Assembly: GCA_035260845.1 (NCBI GenBank)
Contig: DATFUL010000002.1
Coordinates: 7,033 to 71,032, forward strand
Reading direction: 5' to 3'
Source of the DNA: Patescibacteria group bacterium
Lineage (GTDB): Bacteria; Patescibacteriota; Microgenomatia; UBA8517
Length of the DNA stretch: 64,000 nucleotides
Part shown: piece after piece, positions 58,429 through 64,000 of the stretch
Position numbering within the stretch: the first letter of the stretch is position 1
Layout: every line of letters begins with the position of its first letter
The notes under the pieces: model-generated
What the model was told of the DNA's origin: nothing
Databases searched by the model: none
Seen by the model: the letters and a program-made list of their open reading frames with translations, nothing else
Program-made: the position numbers and the translations under genes

Positions 58429-58752
58429 TTAATCAAGTATAAGCATCTGAATGTGACCAACTTTTTTAAGAACAACTGTTATATTTTTACGATCAAGTGT
58501 TATCTGATCGCCTGGGACAAGGACTCTTTGTTCTTTGTCGAAACATATTACGACAGGTCCACCCACGACCGGGTTATCTAGACTGAAAGTGGTTTCATCT
58601 CCCTTAGTATGGATATGAAGCTCTTTCATGATTGCGGAAACCAGTGTTTCGGATGCTGGTCCGAATGGAGTTGTTTGAGAACCTCCCTCCTGACGAATTT
58701 CCTGACCAGGTGCGATGACTAATGATCTGAAATGACGTTCGCTAACTGACAT
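58429..58752 (-). CDS. Hypothetical protein
   Basis: 107-aa ORF. Confidence 0.6.
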   Translation of the reverse strand: MSVSERHFRSLVIAPGQEIRQEGGSQTTPFGPASETLVSAIMKELHIHTKGDETTFSLDNPVVGGPVVICFDKEQRVLVPGDQITLDRKNITVVLKKVGHIQMLILD

Positions 58753-58762
58753 GGCAGAAATA

Positions 58763-58936
58763 TTACTTCTTTTTTCGGGAAAGATCCATTACGAAGTGCC
58801 AGAAGACTAAGATTGTAGAAAAAAGTATTAACCAATCACGCATATTGTGAGGTTCAAAAACATCGTGGAACGAAAGCCAAACAACTCCAAGAAGCGAGAA
58901 AATCGCACCCAACATGATAATTTTATCTGACTTCAT
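58763..58936 (-). CDS. Small 2-TM protein (57 aa, missing from ORF track)
   Basis: MKSDKIIMLGAIFSLLGVVWLSFHDVFEPHNMRDWLILFSTILVFWHFVMDLSRKKK*; fills the gap between two minus-strand genes. Confidence 0.55.
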   Translation of the reverse strand: MKSDKIIMLGAIFSLLGVVWLSFHDVFEPHNMRDWLILFSTILVFWHFVMDLSRKKK

Positions 58937-58945
58937 ATATTAATA

Positions 58946-59791
58946 CTACAACGGCAAACGAAACTTTGTAAAGGAACCAGGATAGAGGACTTCGGTTCCG
59001 CCGAATGAGCGCTTGAAGTGGGTGAATCCCAACCAACTTTTATTAGGGAAGCGTTCGTCATAGATCCCTTCGAAGTCAAATATTTTATAACCCTGTTTCT
59101 TAGCCCATAGTATAGCTTGGTAGAGAAGTGGAGCTTGAGATAGGGAAGTGCGACCTTCATTATTTGTAAATCCGTACCAATAGTAAGTGATACAGTTTGA
59201 TCTGTCGTGTAAAGAAGTCGTGAAAAGCGCTCCTCCTATAATTCTGCCAAATATATTGTGCGACGCAAGTAATAGGGACTTATTACCAGGAAAACTTTTG
59301 CGTAGATTCAAAATTTGGTTAAGACTTGGCACGTAACGGCTTAATTTAACTGAATTTTTCCAGGCTTTGTGCCACTTTTTTATGTCTTTTATGGACGAGT
59401 AAGATTTAATTAAATTGGTCTCTCCCCTTTTCACGACCCTTCTAGTATCTTTTTTAAAACTAGCAAGAATTTGTTTTTGGCTTTTGGTTAGGTCAATTTG
59501 GAGTGTTTTTGTGGGTAAATATGGAGATTTGCTTACTTTAAAGCCATTTGAGGCTAAAACTTTAATATCTTTATCTGTTTTAGGCTCCACAATAACTTGA
59601 AAAATACGGTATTTTCGGCATAATTTGTCTATTACTTCAAAATCTATTATTTCTGGTCTCTGAACTTTAAGAAAAGAGCCTACCATTGGAAACTTTTTAA
59701 TGAAGTAATTTATTTCCTCTACTCTTTCAACTATCCAACCTTCACGCCTTAAGTAATCAGCATATTCAGAAGTTTGCCTTATATCGATCAT
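58946..59791 (-). CDS. FemABX-family peptidyltransferase-like protein
   Basis: 'TLQIDLTKS', 'WAKKQGYKIFDFEGI', 'GFTHFKRSFGG'. Confidence 0.85.
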   Translation of the reverse strand: MIDIRQTSEYADYLRREGWIVERVEEINYFIKKFPMVGSFLKVQRPEIIDFEVIDKLCRKYRIFQVIVEPKTDKDIKVLASNGFKVSKSPYLPTKTLQIDLTKSQKQILASFKKDTRRVVKRGETNLIKSYSSIKDIKKWHKAWKNSVKLSRYVPSLNQILNLRKSFPGNKSLLLASHNIFGRIIGGALFTTSLHDRSNCITYYWYGFTNNEGRTSLSQAPLLYQAILWAKKQGYKIFDFEGIYDERFPNKSWLGFTHFKRSFGGTEVLYPGSFTKFRLPL

Positions 59792-59792
59792 G

Positions 59793-60764
59793 TTAGAAAC
59801 TTGCTTTTGAGAGCCCGAATTTTGCGGCAAGTTTAAGGACTGGCCAGCGCACTTTTTCTGCCAACTTATAAACTTTATAAAGAGGTTTATTTATTACCAA
59901 ATCCCAGGTGCCCAAGAATTCAATAACTTTTGGACTATACCCTTCTTTGAATTTAGTAAAACCTTTACCTTCTTCCCTCCCCCAAAGATCAAATGTTTTT
60001 AAACCAAGTTTTTTACCAAACTTAATTGCTTCCCACATCATAAGATTATTGGCCATAACATTTTTGTGCTGCTCAGTGCTGGCCCCGTATGGGTAATATA
60101 AAAAATCGCGCCAAGTAAATAAAATCCAAGTTGTAATAATTTCTTTTTTATAAGTGGCAGTCATAAGGTGGGCAATTCCGGCATTTTTTAATATCGCGAA
60201 CATTAATTTGTGATATTTTTCTGTATGGGCGTAGAAGCCCTGCCTATTTACAGTTTCACGAGTTAATTCAAGATATTTATCAAACGCTTTATCTGAATTA
60301 TCTTCTTTAACAGTAACGCCGCTCTTTATAGCCAGGCGAATGTTGTAACGGGTTTTACTAGAAAAACTTTTCATCAAATCTTCTTCGCTTGGTTTTAAGT
60401 CAATCCAAAAAGTTGTTGGGGTAAAAACGGTTTTCCCTGGAACCGCGCCATATTTTGTAAGAAGTTTTATGGCCTTGTCCTTATCTGCACAAGCCATATT
60501 ATCTTTTTTGACAGGGTAATTCGGTTCAAGTTTAATAAATACTAAATTGTTTTCTTTTCCAATTTTGACAAGGTCTTTTATCATTTCCTCTGTCGGCATT
60601 GGGCCTTTTTCAAAAATCGCAATTTTATTTGCAGTAAACGGTAGTTTGTGGATAGTAAAAAGACCCCATTTTGTTTCTAATATTTCGTTTCCCCATTCTT
60701 TTCTAAATACTGCCCAAGCAGAAGTTTGCAACGGGTGAGTAGCAATTTTATCTAGATTGTTCAT
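59793..60764 (-). CDS. FemABX-family peptidoglycan bridge peptidyltransferase
   Basis: 'HPLQTSAW', 'KTRYNIRLA', 'YPYGAS', 'FDLWG', 'FKEGY'. Confidence 0.9.
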   Translation of the reverse strand: MNNLDKIATHPLQTSAWAVFRKEWGNEILETKWGLFTIHKLPFTANKIAIFEKGPMPTEEMIKDLVKIGKENNLVFIKLEPNYPVKKDNMACADKDKAIKLLTKYGAVPGKTVFTPTTFWIDLKPSEEDLMKSFSSKTRYNIRLAIKSGVTVKEDNSDKAFDKYLELTRETVNRQGFYAHTEKYHKLMFAILKNAGIAHLMTATYKKEIITTWILFTWRDFLYYPYGASTEQHKNVMANNLMMWEAIKFGKKLGLKTFDLWGREEGKGFTKFKEGYSPKVIEFLGTWDLVINKPLYKVYKLAEKVRWPVLKLAAKFGLSKASF

Positions 60765-61309
60765 TTATGTAAAAATTCTTCCAAATTTGCAATATCTCGG
60801 TCTATGTCTTCTCTATGCTTCTTTTCTTTTTTATCATTTAGTTCGTCCTCAGGTAAAGTAGCTTCAAAAGAAAATCCATTTAAGTTCACTTGGTGGGTTC
60901 TATATTCTTGCGTTTCGTTCTTGCTACCATCGCTTTTGATTATTATTTTTTCTTTATCAAAAGGATCTCCTTCAACCTTGATGTAGTAAAAATCTGCACA
61001 AAAATCACCCTTAACTGCAAGGAAATTATGATAAAAAGTTGAGCGACCTTTGTCTCGCCATTTTACTCCTTTAGGATCAAATTGATCGGTCTGTATGGAA
61101 TTTAATAGGTTTTGCAAAACTTCCTTGGCGTTGTCGGAATTTCCATAAACTTGCATATCGATATCTTTATGAGGTTTAGTGATTTTTCCTAAGGTTCCAT
61201 CTACAGAATAACCTCCATGAATTATTATCCTAACCCCCACTTCCTTTGCCCTTTTGGTTAGTGAAGAAATAAAGTTTAAATCTCTTGCGATTTTATCTAG
61301 ATTAGTCAT
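60761..61309 (-). CDS. Nucleotidyltransferase of the LnuA/ANT(2'')-like type
   Basis: 'IHGGYSVDGTLGKITKPHKDID' motif; likely start ATG 61309. Confidence 0.75.
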   Translation of the reverse strand: MTNLDKIARDLNFISSLTKRAKEVGVRIIIHGGYSVDGTLGKITKPHKDIDMQVYGNSDNAKEVLQNLLNSIQTDQFDPKGVKWRDKGRSTFYHNFLAVKGDFCADFYYIKVEGDPFDKEKIIIKSDGSKNETQEYRTHQVNLNGFSFEATLPEDELNDKKEKKHREDIDRDIANLEEFLHK

Positions 61310-61348
61310 TTTGTAGATACTTCTCAACGATTTATCGAGAAAAATTCT

Positions 61349-63274
61349 TTAGGAATTATCCAAGTATTTTTCTATTATATCGTCAAAGGTGCCTTTGATG
61401 TCGTCTACGCTATCTAACTTAAAATCATTTACTGCGCTAAAGTTTCCACCCCCTATATTTTCAATTAAATTTTCTGGTATATCCATTATGAATCTTGATG
61501 GTGGGTTACTTAATTTTTCCCCAAAATATAAACGGGAATTGGCATAAGTTAAATATAAACTTTCTTTGGCACGTGTTATACCAACGTAGGCGATTCTTCG
61601 TTCTTCTTCAAGCTGCGCGCTGTCCATGAGACTTCTGCTATGTGGAAAAAGGCCTTCCTCCATGCCAACTATGAACACAATTGGGAATTCGAGGCCCTTT
61701 GCTGAATGAAGTGTCATTAAAGTGACTACATTAGCGTCCCCCGAAGCTTCGCGTCTCAATTTTCCTTTTGAGTTTTGTTCTGCCTCAACTAGCGCAACAT
61801 TTTCTAAAAACTCATTAATTTTAGGAAACTCAGTAGCTACAGACCTTAACTCCTTAATGTTTTCGAGTCTGGCAATGTTTTCCTCAGAATCTTTTTGGAA
61901 CAGAGCTAAGTAATCTGTTTTGGCAATTACTGCATCCAAAATATCAAGTGTTGTCAGGTTCTCTAAATCTGGTTCTTCGTTTTTACCAGGGCTTTGACTG
62001 GCCAAGCTCTGCTTATAACTTTCCAACTTTTCAAATCTTCTTATACCAACTTTCTCAATTCTTTTTTTGGAAACTGAATCTTTTGGATTCACTAAATAGC
62101 GGACAAGAGCAATTACATCTTTGATTTCTTTTCTATCGTAAAATCTAGTTCCACCAACTAAAGTATATGGAATACCCTCGTGAAGAAGCGCCTCCTCCAT
62201 TACACGGGATTGGGCATTGGTACGATAAAGAATTGCAACATCCGAATATTTATTGATGCGGCGTATTTCATCAACCACAAAGTCTGCCTCGGCAAATCCA
62301 TTACTCGCTGCATAAAGTTTTATTTTGTCACCAGCATTTTTCTCGGTCCATAACTTTAAAATTGGATGGCTAGTGTTTTTCGAAATTACAAAGTTGGCGG
62401 CGTCCAAAATATTTTGAGTTGATCTGTAATTCTGTTCAAGATTAATTATTTTTAGGTCTGGATAGTCTCTGCTTAAATTATTTATATTTTTATAATCTGC
62501 CCCACGCCAGGAATAAATGGACTGACTTGCATCCCCCACGGCAGTTATGTTTTTTCTTTTACCCACCAGCATTTTGACCAATGCATACTGAATTTTATTT
62601 GTGTCCTGCCATTCGTCAACAAAAATATGAGTTAAGTTTCCCTGCCATTTTGCGAGGACCTCAGGAACCTCCTTAAATAGAATCACAGTTTTAATTAAAA
62701 GATCATCAAAGTCTAAAGCGCCGTTTTCCTTTAGTGTTTTTTCGTATCTATCGTAAATTTTAGCAACAATCTCTTGCCAATCTCCTCTTGCAAAACCTGC
62801 ATATTCGGCTGGAGTCATCATTTGATTTTTGGCTTCGCCGATTCCATTTAAAATTGCAGCCGGATTATACTGATCGGTAGACAAATTCATGGATTCTAAG
62901 ATCTGTTTGATTAAATCTTTTTGATCGGTGTCGTCGTAAATTACAAAATGGTCTGGAATTCCAATATTATGTCCCTCAACTCGCAAAACTTTAACGCAAA
63001 AAGAGTGAAACGTACCCGCAAAAGGTTGACCAGTTGTTTCGACCAACTTTTTAATCCTCTCACGCATCTCGGCGGCTGCTTTATTGGTGAAGGTTAAAAG
63101 AAGACAATTTTCAGGTTTGGCTAAGTTTTGGGAGATAAAATAGGCTACACGGTGAGTGAGGACTTTGGTTTTACCGCTTCCTGCGCCGGCTAGAACTAAA
63201 AGAGGACCATCGGTATAAGTAACAGCCTCTTTTTGTTTATCGTTAAGACCAGCTATACTATCTATATTCAACAT
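61349..63274 (-). CDS. pcrA: ATP-dependent DNA helicase PcrA/UvrD (no C-terminal Tudor-like domain)
   Basis: 'AGAGSGKT', 'DEWQD', 'YRTNAQSR', 'TLHSAKGLEF', 'EEERRIAYVGITRA'. Confidence 0.93.
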   Translation of the reverse strand: MLNIDSIAGLNDKQKEAVTYTDGPLLVLAGAGSGKTKVLTHRVAYFISQNLAKPENCLLLTFTNKAAAEMRERIKKLVETTGQPFAGTFHSFCVKVLRVEGHNIGIPDHFVIYDDTDQKDLIKQILESMNLSTDQYNPAAILNGIGEAKNQMMTPAEYAGFARGDWQEIVAKIYDRYEKTLKENGALDFDDLLIKTVILFKEVPEVLAKWQGNLTHIFVDEWQDTNKIQYALVKMLVGKRKNITAVGDASQSIYSWRGADYKNINNLSRDYPDLKIINLEQNYRSTQNILDAANFVISKNTSHPILKLWTEKNAGDKIKLYAASNGFAEADFVVDEIRRINKYSDVAILYRTNAQSRVMEEALLHEGIPYTLVGGTRFYDRKEIKDVIALVRYLVNPKDSVSKKRIEKVGIRRFEKLESYKQSLASQSPGKNEEPDLENLTTLDILDAVIAKTDYLALFQKDSEENIARLENIKELRSVATEFPKINEFLENVALVEAEQNSKGKLRREASGDANVVTLMTLHSAKGLEFPIVFIVGMEEGLFPHSRSLMDSAQLEEERRIAYVGITRAKESLYLTYANSRLYFGEKLSNPPSRFIMDIPENLIENIGGGNFSAVNDFKLDSVDDIKGTFDDIIEKYLDNS

Positions 63275-63302
63275 GCCTGAACATTCTACAACAGATTCAA
63301 AG

Positions 63303-64000
63303 ATGACCGAAGTACCTAAAAATCAAAAAAAGGCAAAGATTGAGTATTCTAGAATCAAAAGACAAATTCTAAGTCATGTTCTACTCGTTCGGATTTTTAT
63401 AATCGCCATTTTCTTGGGAGTTTTGTTTTTAATTATTTCCTTTGGAGTAAAAGGGGCGCGAGCTTTAAATATCCCACTCTATTTTGACACTGCATACAAT
63501 TTTGTTAAAGCTCCGGTTGAGAAGCTGGCATCTTTTAATGGAAGAACCAATATTCTAGTAATGGGAAAGGCTGGTGGTGTCCACGATGGGCCAGAGTTAA
63601 CCGATACGATGATGCTGGTTTCGGTATCACTAACTTCCCCCAATATAAAAATTATTTCTATCCCCCGTGACACTTGGATTCCAGAAATTCGTGCCAAAAT
63701 TAATAGCGCATATTATTGGGGAAACCAAAAAACCGTGGGCGGCGGAATTACCTTTGCTAAGGCAATTAGTGAAGAAGTTGTAGGAGTTCCAATACATTAT
63801 GGAGTTGTAATAGATTTCTCGGGATTTAGGGACATTATTAACGAAATTGGTGGAATTAGTGTTGATGTTCCTAATTCATTTACTGATTATTATTATCCAA
63901 TTGCCGGTCGTGAGAATGACACCTGTGGTGGGCACGACCCTAAATTTATGTGCAGATATGAAACATTAACCTTTACGTCTGGCCTCCAGATGATGGACGG
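63303..64000 (+). CDS. LCP (LytR-CpsA-Psr) family protein, 3'-truncated by window (missing from ORF track)
   Basis: MTEVPKNQ..., TM, 'TNILVMG', 'LTDTMML', 'ISIPRDTW', 'KINSAY', 'DFSGF..IINEIGGISV'. Confidence 0.92.
   Translation, partial: MTEVPKNQKKAKIEYSRIKRQILSHVLLVRIFIIAIFLGVLFLIISFGVKGARALNIPLYFDTAYNFVKAPVEKLASFNGRTNILVMGKAGGVHDGPELTDTMMLVSVSLTSPNIKIISIPRDTWIPEIRAKINSAYYWGNQKTVGGGITFAKAISEEVVGVPIHYGVVIDFSGFRDIINEIGGISVDVPNSFTDYYYPIAGRENDTCGGHDPKFMCRYETLTFTSGLQMMD

Noticed and set aside
63479-63697. 72-aa minus-strand ORF
   Set aside because: Antisense to the LCP gene that runs off the window end

Overview
Low-GC, gene-dense bacterial chromosome segment that spans the replication origin (dnaN-oriC-dnaA / rpmH-rnpA-yidD-yidC-jag). 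The gene set (tandem VirB2-like pilins, PrgI/VirB4 module, DUF4012, VanW, FemABX pair, LCP, short ValS/MetG, many small orphan ORFs) points to Patescibacteria/CPR, most likely Microgenomates; this is inference. Left of oriC is a ~16.5 kb relaxase-free T4SS-like locus: at least 5 pilins, a VirB6-like membrane protein, PrgI, a TraC-like protein, VirB4 and two large Cys-rich exported proteins with putative hydrolase domains. It is interrupted by a four-helix-bundle (Avd/IVP-like) gene carrying an in-frame TAG and decameric inverted repeats. The rest is housekeeping: valS, tsaD, a tsaC-tsaE fusion, groES/EL with CIRCE, tRNA-Cys, a surface-glycan cluster, metG, rmuC and two UvrD helicases. Notable non-coding signals are a Bacillus-type DnaA-trio unwinding element, pervasive leaderless and bidirectional -10 promoters, a ~27-bp structured repeat found both between genes and in-frame inside proteins, and orphan genes flanked by short direct repeats inside conserved operons. 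No CRISPR array, rRNA, transposase, integrase or reverse transcriptase was recognised. All calls come from reading the sequence by eye; no searches were run.
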